A stretch of 64,000 bases of DNA from Stellaceae bacterium. Lineage in GTDB: Bacteria; Pseudomonadota; Alphaproteobacteria; ATCC43930; CGMCC-115725. Each line of letters begins with the position of its first letter. The first letter of the stretch is position 1. Below, one piece after another: positions 18,264 through 27,734 of this stretch. The notes beneath the pieces are model-generated. The model was not told where the DNA came from, searched no databases, and worked only from the letters and a program-made list of their open reading frames with translations. The DNA lies in NCBI GenBank assembly GCA_035504235.1, contig DATJSH010000085.1:22-64021 (forward strand), read 5' to 3'. Position numbers and translations under genes: made by a program.

Positions 18264-19744
18264 AGACGGCGGCGGTGATCGGCGCGGGTTTCGGAGGGAT
18301 CGCGCTTGCCATCCGGCTGCAGTCGGCCGGGGTGCAAACCACGTTGTTTGAAGCGCGCGACAAGCCGGGCGGCCGCGCCTACGTCTACGAGGACAAGGGC
18401 TTTCGTTTTGACGCGGGTCCCACGGTCATCACCGACCCCGGCGCGATCGAAGAGCTGTTCGCTTTGTCCGGCCGGCGGCTGGCCGACTATGTCGAGCTGA
18501 TGCCGATTTCGCCCTTCTATCGGCTGTGCTGGGAGGACGGTGACACCTTCGACTATGTCAACGACCAAGCCGAGCTCGACCGCCAAATCGCAGCCAGATC
18601 CCCCGGCGATGTCGCCGGCTACCGGCGTTTCCTAGGGTACTCCGAGGAATTGCTGGAGGAAGGGTACGTGAAACTCGGGGCCGTGCCGTTTCTCGAATTT
18701 TCCAGCATGCTGCGAGCCGCGCCCGCGCTGGTACGGCTGCAGGCCTGGAAATCCGTCTACGGCAAGGTCAGCGAATTCATTGCCGACGAGCATCTGCGCG
18801 AGGCCTTTAGCTTCCACTCGTTGCTGGTGGGCGGCAACCCGTTTACCGCCTCCAGCATCTATGGGCTGATCCACGCATTGGAGCGCCGCTGGGGGGTGTG
18901 GTTTCCGCGCGGCGGCACCGGCGCTCTCGTGCGAGCTATGGTGCAATTGTTTGAAGATTTGGGCGGGGTCTTTCGACCTGGGGCTCCCGTCGCGGCGATC
19001 GCAACAAAAGGAAACGAGGCTACCGGCGTTCGCCTCGCCGACGGGCGGATTCTCGGGTTCGACGCCGTCGCCAGCAACGCCGACGTGGTCTACACCTATG
19101 GCCAGCTTCTGGCCGCCCACCGGCGCGGCCGAGCTTACGGCGGCAAGCTGGCGAAAAAGCGACATTCCATGTCGCTATTCGTCTGCTATTTCGGGCTCAA
19201 GCGGCCACAGCCGCAGCTTGCGCATCACACCGTGCTGTTTGGGCCGCGCTATCGCGAACTGATCGCGGAGATCTTCAAGGGGCCGGCATTGCCGCCCGAT
19301 TTTTCGCTCTATCTGCACGCCCCGTCACGCAGCGACCCGTCGCTGGCGCCCCCGGGCCACGAGGCGTTCTACGTTTTGTCGCCGGTTCCGCATCTCGGGG
19401 CGGCGGACCTCGACTGGTCAACGATCGGGCCGGCCTATCGGGATCGAATTCTGGCCTACCTTGAGGCGCGCCTCATTCCGGGTCTCGCGGAGGACTTGGT
19501 TACTCACCGCCTATTGACGCCATTCGATTTCCGCGACGAGCTGAATGCTCATCAGGGCTCGGCCTTTTCGCTGGAGCCGATTTTGACCCAGAGCGCCTGG
19601 TTTCGTGTACACAATCGCGACGCCGTGATCGGCAATCTCTATATCGTCGGCGCCGGAACCCATCCCGGCGCCGGGATACCGGGCGTGATCGGTTCGGCCA
19701 AGGCCACCGCCTCACTCATGCTCGCCGGCGCGGGTGCACGATGA
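18260..19744 (+). CDS. crtI: phytoene desaturase
   Basis: ATG at 18260 gives MKTAAVIGAGFGGIALAIRLQSAG. C-terminal LYIVGAGTHPGAGIPGV motif. About 494 aa. Confidence 0.93.
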   Translation: MKTAAVIGAGFGGIALAIRLQSAGVQTTLFEARDKPGGRAYVYEDKGFRFDAGPTVITDPGAIEELFALSGRRLADYVELMPISPFYRLCWEDGDTFDYVNDQAELDRQIAARSPGDVAGYRRFLGYSEELLEEGYVKLGAVPFLEFSSMLRAAPALVRLQAWKSVYGKVSEFIADEHLREAFSFHSLLVGGNPFTASSIYGLIHALERRWGVWFPRGGTGALVRAMVQLFEDLGGVFRPGAPVAAIATKGNEATGVRLADGRILGFDAVASNADVVYTYGQLLAAHRRGRAYGGKLAKKRHSMSLFVCYFGLKRPQPQLAHHTVLFGPRYRELIAEIFKGPALPPDFSLYLHAPSRSDPSLAPPGHEAFYVLSPVPHLGAADLDWSTIGPAYRDRILAYLEARLIPGLAEDLVTHRLLTPFDFRDELNAHQGSAFSLEPILTQSAWFRVHNRDAVIGNLYIVGAGTHPGAGIPGVIGSAKATASLMLAGAGAR

Positions 19745-20670
19745 CCGACTCGGTGGTCGCTGCCAGCCAGCACAGCATCCAGCGCGGCTCGACCAGCTTC
19801 GCCGCCGCCGCACGCCTGTTCGCTCCGCGTGTCCGCGAGGACGCCTACATGCTCTACGCATGGTGCCGGCATTGCGATGACGAGATCGACGGCCAGATCA
19901 TGGGCCACGGCGCTGTCGGCGTCGATCCTGTTCGGGCCGGGCTGAAGCTCGCGGAGCTGGAGGACAAGACGCGCCGCGCGATCGCCGGCGAGGCGATGGC
20001 CGACACGGCCTTTAGCGCGTTCCAACGGGTCGTGCAGCGCCACGGCATCCCCGAGCGGCATCCGCTCGACCTGCTGCAAGGCTTTCGCATGGACGTCGAG
20101 GGGCGCAGCTATCCGACGCTGCAGGACACACTGATCTATGCCTATCACGTCGCGGGCGTCGTGGGCGTGATGATGGCTCAGGTCATGGGGGTCCATGACA
20201 GCGCCACGCTGCGCCGCGCTTCGGATCTCGGCGTCGCGCTGCAGCTCACCAACATCGCGCGCGATGTGATCGAGGACGCGAAAGGCGGCCGGGTTTACTT
20301 GCCGGCCGACTGGCTGGGCGCGGTAGGAAACCCAGCCGCCGTTCTCGACCCCGCCAATCGCGCCACCGTCTTTGCCGCTACCAGGCGGCTCCTCACGGAG
20401 GCCGAGCCTTATTACGCCTCCGCCCGCTGGGGGCTGAGAGCCCTCGCTTTCCGTTCGGCCTGGGCCGTCGCGGCAGCGCAAGGCATTTACCGCCAGATCG
20501 GCCTTAGGGTGCTGGCCGGGGGGCCGGCAGGGATGGATCGCCGGTCCTACACCGGCGCTCGGACCAAGCTTGCGCGAGCGCTGTTGGGCGGACTCGTCGC
20601 CGCGCGAGCGTCGACCACGGACCGGTGGTGGCACGAACCGGATCGCACGGCTTTGTGGGCGCCGTTCTAA
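19741..20670 (+). CDS. crtB: phytoene synthase
   Basis: YAWCRHCDDEID and NIARDVIEDA aspartate-rich motifs. ATGA overlap with crtI. Confidence 0.92.
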   Translation: MTDSVVAASQHSIQRGSTSFAAAARLFAPRVREDAYMLYAWCRHCDDEIDGQIMGHGAVGVDPVRAGLKLAELEDKTRRAIAGEAMADTAFSAFQRVVQRHGIPERHPLDLLQGFRMDVEGRSYPTLQDTLIYAYHVAGVVGVMMAQVMGVHDSATLRRASDLGVALQLTNIARDVIEDAKGGRVYLPADWLGAVGNPAAVLDPANRATVFAATRRLLTEAEPYYASARWGLRALAFRSAWAVAAAQGIYRQIGLRVLAGGPAGMDRRSYTGARTKLARALLGGLVAARASTTDRWWHEPDRTALWAPF

Positions 20671-21824
20671 AGCTGCCGCCGCCCTTCGATCACCAGCGCC
20701 GCCGCGAATCCCGCGGCCGCAAAGCCGAAGAGAACCGCCCAGGCCTGAACCACAGCGGTGTTGACGAGCCCGCGTGAGAGCACCGTTTGGTAGGCATCGA
20801 TGACCCAGGCGTGCGGCGTCAGCCAGCCGAGCCGTTGGAGCATTTCGGGCATCAGAAAACGCGGCGCCATCGAGCCGCCGACCGCCGCGAGAACAAGGAA
20901 AATGAACGTAGATACCGGCTGCGCCTGCTCGCGTGTGCGGCAGGCGGCAGCGAGGCCCAAGGCAATCCCGGCGCTCGCCGCCGCGCTGCAAATGGCGGTC
21001 GCCGACCAGGCTGCGAAGTTCTCCAGCAATGGCACTCGGAAGGCAATTGCGGCGACCGTGAACAGCACGAGGGCCTGAACGACGCCCAGGGCCGTCAGCC
21101 AAAGCATCCGGCCGCCCAGCAAAGGGGCAATGCCGCCCACGCTCAGAACCTGGCGCAGCCGGAGCCCCGCCCGCCGCTCGTCGATCAGGGTCATCGCCCC
21201 CTGCATGGCGGTAAACATCAGGAACAGGATGCTGACCGCGCCCCCATAATAGATCTGCAAAGGGTCGCTACCCGGCAGAACCTGCTGCGCCGCGAAGGGA
21301 GGTGGCGGGACCAAATTTTGGGGTAGGGCGGTCAAATGGCGGTTCTGATCCGGCGTCAGCTGCAAGATCGGCGCGAGACGTGCGGTCTCCCGCCGGAGCA
21401 TCAGCTCGGGCAAATCTTGCGTGGCGACGGCATTGACCTGCGCGGTAAGAAGCTCGCCGGCAGCCTTTCGGCCAGGGTGGATCAGCACGGTGACCGGCGT
21501 CTTCACCTCGGCAAAATTGCCGGCAAGCACCAGCCCGGCATCCGCCCGCCCCGATTGGATCGCCTCCTCCAACGCGGCGACGTTCGGCGCGAGAGTCAAC
21601 CGGCCGTCCAGCCGGTGTCGAAGCGCGTCGATCAGCCGGTGGCTGTCAGCGCTATTCGTCTGGTCGAAAACCTCAGCCCGGATGTCGAGCCGGCCGCTGA
21701 TGCCCGCGCCAAACACCGAGGCGAAGACGACATAAACCAGTGGCGGCAGCACAAAGACAAGCACGAGGCCGGCGCGGTCGCGCCACAGGCTTAGCGCCAT
21801 GACCCGCAGCATGACCAGGATCAC
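20667..21824 (-). CDS. ABC-2 type transporter permease
   Basis: ORF 20667..21974. A GTG at 21824 overlaps the ATPase stop (GTGA); an ATG at 21812 is the alternative start. Layout is N-terminal TM, large extracytoplasmic loop, then a 5-TM C-terminal bundle. Confidence 0.8.
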   Translation of the reverse strand: MILVMLRVMALSLWRDRAGLVLVFVLPPLVYVVFASVFGAGISGRLDIRAEVFDQTNSADSHRLIDALRHRLDGRLTLAPNVAALEEAIQSGRADAGLVLAGNFAEVKTPVTVLIHPGRKAAGELLTAQVNAVATQDLPELMLRRETARLAPILQLTPDQNRHLTALPQNLVPPPPFAAQQVLPGSDPLQIYYGGAVSILFLMFTAMQGAMTLIDERRAGLRLRQVLSVGGIAPLLGGRMLWLTALGVVQALVLFTVAAIAFRVPLLENFAAWSATAICSAAASAGIALGLAAACRTREQAQPVSTFIFLVLAAVGGSMAPRFLMPEMLQRLGWLTPHAWVIDAYQTVLSRGLVNTAVVQAWAVLFGFAAAGFAAALVIEGRRQL

Positions 21825-22765
21825 GGTGCCACCGATCCCGTCACCCAGCCGATCAACGCATCGAGTCCAGGAGGCTGCACTGTCAGCTCGCGCAATTTCA
21901 CATCGGCCCAGAGCAACGCCATTTCGATTTCGAGCGCGTGCGTGAAGGCGTCCGCAACGGTGCCGCTCCAGCATAACCCTCCATCGGACGGCGTCAGACC
22001 ATGTGCCGCGAGTACCGGTTCAATCGATGGCGTGGCTGCAGAGAGCCGGATGACGAGCTCGGTTCGGCCGCCGAACGCCTCCGTCATCAGAGTGTCGGGA
22101 CGCCCCTCCATGATCAGCCGGCCGGCCTCCATGACGCCCAACCGATCGGCGAGCACGGCAACGTCTTCGGTATTGTGGCTGATTAACAGGATCGCCGTGC
22201 GATCCGCCCGCAATCTGGCGATCAGACGGTGCAGGACGAGACGTGTCTCCACGTCCAGCCCTTCTGTCGGCTCGTCCAGGACCAATAGGCGTGGCCGGTG
22301 GACGATGGCGGCCGCCAAATTGGCGCGACGCTGCCACCCGCCCGACAAATGGTCCACCCGCTCGTCCGCTCGTTCGGCGCAGACCGCGTCATCCATCGCA
22401 TGGGCAACCGCGGCGGCCCGCTCGCGCCGGGACAGGCCGGCCAGAGCGGCGAAGGCATTCAGGTTCTCCGATATGGTCAAATGGGGATAGAGCGCGACGT
22501 CCTGAGGTGCGATGCCGATCGCGCGGCGAACCTTGAGATCATCGCGCGGATCTGCACCCAAGATCTGCACCAAACCCGCGTCCAGCGCCAGCGCCCCAAT
22601 CGCTGCCTTGGCGAGGGACGACTTGCCCGCGCCGTTGCGCCCGATCAGCGCGTAAACCTCGCCAGCGGTAAGCTCCAGGGTGACCTGGTCGAGGGCGATG
22701 CGGTTTCCGTAGCGACGCGAAATTTGGTCGAGGCGGAGAACGGCCTCCGTCGGCTCAACCGCCAT
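21821..22765 (-). CDS. ABC transporter ATP-binding protein (DrrA/CcmA-like with C-terminal extension)
   Basis: Walker A GRNGAGKSS, signature LSGGWQRR, Walker B LLVLDEPT. ATG at 22765 overlaps the crtE 3' end by 11 nt. Confidence 0.9.
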   Translation of the reverse strand: MAVEPTEAVLRLDQISRRYGNRIALDQVTLELTAGEVYALIGRNGAGKSSLAKAAIGALALDAGLVQILGADPRDDLKVRRAIGIAPQDVALYPHLTISENLNAFAALAGLSRRERAAAVAHAMDDAVCAERADERVDHLSGGWQRRANLAAAIVHRPRLLVLDEPTEGLDVETRLVLHRLIARLRADRTAILLISHNTEDVAVLADRLGVMEAGRLIMEGRPDTLMTEAFGGRTELVIRLSAATPSIEPVLAAHGLTPSDGGLCWSGTVADAFTHALEIEMALLWADVKLRELTVQPPGLDALIGWVTGSVAP

Positions 22766-23672
22766 AGCCCGCGTGATGGAACAAGTCGAGCGCGTAAAGC
22801 GCCAGCGGACAGCCCCGATCGCTAAAGCTCGCGAGCGCCTCATCGATCGTCTCCGCGATCGCCGCGCGTGTCCGCTTCTCGCCCCAGAGCGTGACGAAGG
22901 TCACGCGATCGTCCTTGCGGACGTCCTTGCCCATGGCCTCAAACGTGGAGACAGAATCCTGCAGGTCGTCCCACAATTGGAATGCGAGGCCCATACGGTT
23001 CGCGAAGAGGCGTGCTTGCGCCAGTGCGGCCTGGTCGGCGCCCGCGATCATCGCCCCTCCGACCAAGGCCGCGGCAAACAGCACACCGGTCTTTTGATAG
23101 TTGAGGCTGGTCAGTGCGGTTTCGTCGCGCAACGCTTCAGGATCGCGCAAGTCACGAAACTGGCCGGACACCAGGCCGTGAAAGCCGACCGTTTCGCTGA
23201 GCAAGGCAACCAAGGCCAAGCGCGTTCCGGCATCCAGCTTGGTATCGCCCGCGATGACGCCGTATGCATGGTTGAGGAGCGCGATCGCGGAAAGCACCGC
23301 GGTGTCCTCGCCAAAGCGGCGATGCACGGTCGGCTTGCCGCGGCGCATCGCGGCGTCATCCATGCAGGGCAGGTCATCGACGACCAACGAGGCCGCGTGG
23401 ATCAGTTCCAGTGCGCAGCCGAAATCGAGAGCCGCGAGTTCGCGTCCGCCGAAATGAGCTGCGGACAGCATGGCCAAACGGGGACGAACCCGCTTGCCCG
23501 CCCTCAGACAAATGTCGCGCACGGCATCGATCAACGGCCTGGGCGCCGAATCCGCCGGCGGCAGCACTTGCCGCAGACGCAGATCGACCGATATCCGCCA
23601 GGCAGCGGACGAATCCGGCAAGTCGACATTCCACGCGGCGGCGCTTTTCGGTAGAGCGCTGGCCATGGTCAT
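22755..23672 (-). CDS. crtE: geranylgeranyl diphosphate synthase
   Basis: Polyprenyl synthase motifs VVDDLPCMDD and WDDLQD. About 305 aa. Confidence 0.88.
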   Translation of the reverse strand: MTMASALPKSAAAWNVDLPDSSAAWRISVDLRLRQVLPPADSAPRPLIDAVRDICLRAGKRVRPRLAMLSAAHFGGRELAALDFGCALELIHAASLVVDDLPCMDDAAMRRGKPTVHRRFGEDTAVLSAIALLNHAYGVIAGDTKLDAGTRLALVALLSETVGFHGLVSGQFRDLRDPEALRDETALTSLNYQKTGVLFAAALVGGAMIAGADQAALAQARLFANRMGLAFQLWDDLQDSVSTFEAMGKDVRKDDRVTFVTLWGEKRTRAAIAETIDEALASFSDRGCPLALYALDLFHHAGYGG

Positions 23673-23842
23673 CGCCTCTCCCCGCGCCCGAACGCAGAAA
23701 TGCCGCCGGTTCGTGGTTCAAGCACAGTTGGATTTTTGATTGCCCCATCCCCCAGACTGAAAACCGTTTCCCCTTATTGGCACCTAACTTGACCGCCGTC
23801 GCAATCTTCCCGGTGGTGCGTCCTCGCTCGAAATCGCCCCGC

Positions 23843-24316
23843 TCAACGACCGCCCTCCGCCAAAAGCTTCAGTTTGAGCTCGCGGATCGGCCGGACCCAA
23901 AGAAAACCGAACGAGACGCATCCTTTCCGGCTGACGACCGCGTGGTGGATTCGATGGGCCTGTATCCGGGCGCGCCAAAACTTGCGCCGACCATCCAGAG
24001 GCACCGGAAATCGCTCGTGAACAAGTCCATCGTGGAACACCGCGTAAGCGGCGCCATATGCGGTGATCCCAAGCCCCAGCGGCAGCCACCATCCGGATAC
24101 ATTGACACCAAGCCAGATAAATAAAATTGCCGGCAGGGCGAAAATCACGGCGAACAGATCGTTGCGTTCGAACCGATCACGGCGCGGTTCATGGTGGCTG
24201 CGGTGCCAGCACCACAATGCGCCATGCATGACGAATCGGTGCGTCACATTAGCGACCGCCTCCATGCCGCCAAATGCGGCAAGGAAGATAGCGATTTTCG
24301 CGGCGACGACGACCAT
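23843..24316 (-). CDS. crtZ: beta-carotene 3-hydroxylase
   Basis: ATG at 24316 within ORF 23843..24478. His motifs HRFVMHG, WHRSHH, HDGLVH and HRIHH. About 157 aa, as for CrtZ. Confidence 0.88.
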   Translation of the reverse strand: MVVVAAKIAIFLAAFGGMEAVANVTHRFVMHGALWCWHRSHHEPRRDRFERNDLFAVIFALPAILFIWLGVNVSGWWLPLGLGITAYGAAYAVFHDGLVHERFPVPLDGRRKFWRARIQAHRIHHAVVSRKGCVSFGFLWVRPIRELKLKLLAEGGR

Positions 24317-24535
24317 CGGCAAATCTCCGGACCGTCCGGATGGCGTTCGAAGACCAATCTTGACCCGCCATCCCAAAGATTGAAAGCCGCTCCTTCGTTC
24401 CGAGCATCTCAGCGAGAGGGGCGCACTGCGACGGAACGATGGTGCCAGCGAAGATTTTGATCTTTGCGCATGTTCCAATCGAATCGGTTCGCCTGCCGAC
24501 GGGAAAGGGCCAATGGCTGCTACCCGTCTTGAAGA

Positions 24536-27500
24536 TCAGCGGTAATCCGGGTGTGCCGGCTTGCTTCGGACCCGCGCCGGCTCAGCGCGGCCTCCGGCAG
24601 GCGCCGCCCTCGCGCTGCCGCGCGAGCGGGCGAAGCGCGCGATCCAGTCGCCGAAGCGGTCCATGTAAAGGTAGGTGACCGGAATCGTGTACAGCGTCAG
24701 CGCCTGCGAAACAATCAGCCCACCCACCACCGCGACGCCCAAAGGCTGACGCAGCTCGGCGCCGGAGCCAAGCGCCAACGCGATCGGCATCGTGCCGAGG
24801 ATCGCCGACATTGTCGTCATCATGATCGGCCGGAAGCGCAGCGTCGCCGCCTCGAAGATCGCTTCTTCCGCCGTCTTGTTCCCGTTGCGCCGGCGCTCCA
24901 GCGCGAAGTCGATCATCATGATCGCGTTCTTCTTGACGATGCCGATCAGCATGATGAGCCCGATGATCGCTATCACCGTCAGGTCGAAGCCGAACAGCAT
25001 CAGGCATAAGAGCGCGCCGACACTCGCGGACGGCAGGCTCAAGAGGATCGTCACCGGATGGATGAAGCTTTCGTAGAGCACCCCTAGCACGACATAGACG
25101 GCGAAAATCGCCGCCGCGATCAGCAAGGGTTGTGTGGACAGCGAGCTTTGAAACGCCTCCGCGGTGCCCTGGAACGAGGTCTCGACCGTCTTCGGCAAGC
25201 CGATCTGCCGCGCCGCCTGCTGAATTCGGTCGACCGCCTGGCCGAGTGACGTGCCGGGCGCCAGGTTGAACGAGATGGTCACCGCGGGGAATTGGCCCTG
25301 GTGATTGACCGCAAGCGTTGTCGTGGTCGGCTTCAGGGTGGCGAAGTCGCTGAACGGAATCAGCTGGCCGCCGCTGCCGTGGACATAGAGCCGCGACAGC
25401 GCCGACACGTCCTCCTGGTATTGCGGCTCGACCTCGAGCACCACGTGATAGGTATTGAGCGTGCCGTATATTTGGGTGACATAGCCCTGCCCGAACGCGG
25501 CATTCAGCGTCGTCTCGATGCTCTGCGGGCTGATCCCGAGTCGGGAGGCGAGGTCGCGGTCGATATTGACCGTCAACTGCGGGCTGGTCGATTCCAGGTC
25601 GCTGGCGACATCCTGCAGACCGGGGACGCCTTTGAGCCTATCCTCCAGCTTCGGCGCCCAGGAATAGAGCTCCTGCATGTCGACGTCTTGCAGCGTGTAC
25701 TGGTATTGCGTGCGCGTCAGCCGTCCGCCGATGCGGATGCTCACGACGGGCTGCAGGTAGGTGGTGATCCCCGGTACCTTGGCGAGCTCGCCGCGCAGCC
25801 GTTGCATCACCGCGCCGATCGCCGGACGCTGGCCTTCCGGCTTGAGGCTGACGAACAGGCGCCCGGTATTAAGGCCCGAACTGCCGCCGCCGCCGATCGC
25901 CGAGCCGACGCTCGCGATCGCCGGGTCCTTCATGACCTCGGCCGCGGCGCGCTGCTGCAGATCGGCCATTCCCATGAAGGACACATCGGGCGAGGCCTCG
26001 GTGAAGCCGTAGATCATCCCGGTGTCCTCATCGGGGAAGAAACCCTTGGGGATGATCACGATCAGCACCGCGGTCAGCGCGATCAACGCAACGTTGAACA
26101 GCATCACCCACAGCCGCATCCGCAAGACCCATTTGAGCGAGCGCTCGTAGCCCCGGAACGTCGCGTCGAAGGCGCGCTCGCTCCACTGATAAAGCCGGCC
26201 GTGCTTGACCTCGCGCGGGTCCTTCAAAAACAGCGCCGCCATCATCGGCGACAGGGTCAGCGCAATCAGCGCCGAGAGGATGATCGCGGCGGTGACGGTA
26301 ATCGCGAACTCGCGGAAGAGCCGCCCGATGATCCCGCCCATGAACAGGAGCGGGATGAACACCGCAATCAACGACACAGTGATCGAAACGATGGTGAAGC
26401 CGATCTCGGCTGAGCCTTTGAGCGCGGCAGTCTTCGCGTCGTGACCTTGCTCGAGGTAGCGAAAGATGTTTTCGAGCATCACCACGGCGTCGTCGACAAC
26501 GAGGCCAACGGCGAGCGTCAACGCCATTAGCGACAAATTGTCGAGGCTGTATCCGCCGAGATAGAGCGCGGCGAAACTGCCGACCAGCGACAAAGGCACG
26601 GTAATGCTGGGGATGACCGTCGCCCATAGGCTGCGCAGAAAGACGAAGATCACCAGGACAACCAAGACGACCGTGAAGGCCAGCGTCATCTTCACGTCCC
26701 GAAAGCTGGCGCTGATCGACAGCGAGCGGTCGCTGACCATGGTCAGCTTCACCGAAGGCGGGATACCGGCCTGCAAGGCCGGCAGCATGTGCTTGATGCG
26801 ATTGACCAACTCGAGCGTATTGGAACCCGGCTGCCGCCAGATCCCAATCATCTCGCCGATGTGGTTGTTGACCCAGTCGAGCTGGAGCGGCACGTCGGAT
26901 CCGTCGACCACGCGGCCGATATCAGAGATGCGAACGGGCTGACCGTTGCGATAGGCGATGATGACCTTGCCAAGTTGATTGACGTCGAACAACTGACTAT
27001 TGGCGCCGATCTGGTAGGCCTGTTGCGGCCCTTGCAGCGTACCGATCGGCAATTCGACCGTGGTGCTGTCGATCGCATTGGCGACATCGTCGAAGCCGAG
27101 CCCGCGGGAGGCGAGGGCGCCCGGATTCACCTGCACGGTCGGCGCGTATTTCTGCTCGCCGAAGATCACCACCTGGCCGACACCGGGAAGCATCGAAATG
27201 CGCTGCGCGATATTGAGGTCGGCGTACTGATCGAGTTGGTGCAACGTCATCACGTCAGAGGTCAGGCCGAGGATCAGCACGGGCTGATCGGCCGGGTTGA
27301 CCTTTTTGTAGGTTGGCGGGCTCGGCAGGCTTTTCGGCAACTGCCCGCTCGCGGCGTTGATCGCGGACTGTACGTCGGACGCGGCGCCATCAATGCTCCG
27401 CGACAGGTCGAACTGGAGCGCGATGACGGTTGTCCCCTGAACGCTCGTCGAGGTGATCTGGTTGACTGAGGGCAGATCGGCGAATTGCCGTTCGAGAGGC

Positions 27501-27694
27501 TGCGCCACCGACGCGGCCATGATCTTAGGGCTGGCGCCAGGAAGGGTCGCGGTGACTTGCAGCGTCGGGAAATCAACCGTCGGCAGCGCCGCGACCGGCA
27601 GCAGATTGTAGCCGATCGCACCGCCGACAAAGAGCGCCATCATCAACAGTGCGGTCGCGATCGGCCGCCGGATGAATGGTTCCGAGATGCTCAT
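24536..27694 (-). CDS. RND efflux transporter permease (AcrB/MdtB/MdtC family)
   Basis: 1052 aa. Canonical N-terminus MSISEPFIRRPIATALLM and 12-TM / two-large-loop organisation. Confidence 0.95.
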   Translation of the reverse strand: MSISEPFIRRPIATALLMMALFVGGAIGYNLLPVAALPTVDFPTLQVTATLPGASPKIMAASVAQPLERQFADLPSVNQITSTSVQGTTVIALQFDLSRSIDGAASDVQSAINAASGQLPKSLPSPPTYKKVNPADQPVLILGLTSDVMTLHQLDQYADLNIAQRISMLPGVGQVVIFGEQKYAPTVQVNPGALASRGLGFDDVANAIDSTTVELPIGTLQGPQQAYQIGANSQLFDVNQLGKVIIAYRNGQPVRISDIGRVVDGSDVPLQLDWVNNHIGEMIGIWRQPGSNTLELVNRIKHMLPALQAGIPPSVKLTMVSDRSLSISASFRDVKMTLAFTVVLVVLVIFVFLRSLWATVIPSITVPLSLVGSFAALYLGGYSLDNLSLMALTLAVGLVVDDAVVMLENIFRYLEQGHDAKTAALKGSAEIGFTIVSITVSLIAVFIPLLFMGGIIGRLFREFAITVTAAIILSALIALTLSPMMAALFLKDPREVKHGRLYQWSERAFDATFRGYERSLKWVLRMRLWVMLFNVALIALTAVLIVIIPKGFFPDEDTGMIYGFTEASPDVSFMGMADLQQRAAAEVMKDPAIASVGSAIGGGGSSGLNTGRLFVSLKPEGQRPAIGAVMQRLRGELAKVPGITTYLQPVVSIRIGGRLTRTQYQYTLQDVDMQELYSWAPKLEDRLKGVPGLQDVASDLESTSPQLTVNIDRDLASRLGISPQSIETTLNAAFGQGYVTQIYGTLNTYHVVLEVEPQYQEDVSALSRLYVHGSGGQLIPFSDFATLKPTTTTLAVNHQGQFPAVTISFNLAPGTSLGQAVDRIQQAARQIGLPKTVETSFQGTAEAFQSSLSTQPLLIAAAIFAVYVVLGVLYESFIHPVTILLSLPSASVGALLCLMLFGFDLTVIAIIGLIMLIGIVKKNAIMMIDFALERRRNGNKTAEEAIFEAATLRFRPIMMTTMSAILGTMPIALALGSGAELRQPLGVAVVGGLIVSQALTLYTIPVTYLYMDRFGDWIARFARSRGSARAAPAGGRAEPARVRSKPAHPDYR

Positions 27695-27734
27695 CGGATG
27701 CGCACCGCGGCCCAGGGCATCGCGACTCCGGGCG

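Noticed and set aside
19639-21102. 487-aa minus-strand ORF spanning crtB and the ABC-2 permease region
   Set aside because: It overlaps two well-supported genes on different strands. The sequence is Arg/Gly/Ala-rich nonsense, a GC-driven open frame.
24479-24493. Possible att-like direct repeat of the tRNA-Arg 3' end (tcgaatcggttcgcc versus ttcgaatcgtatcgggtccgcc)
   Set aside because: Only an 8-nt exact core matches. There is no integrase anywhere in 13.6-24.5 kb, and most of that span has native-like GC. This is too weak to call a genomic island boundary.
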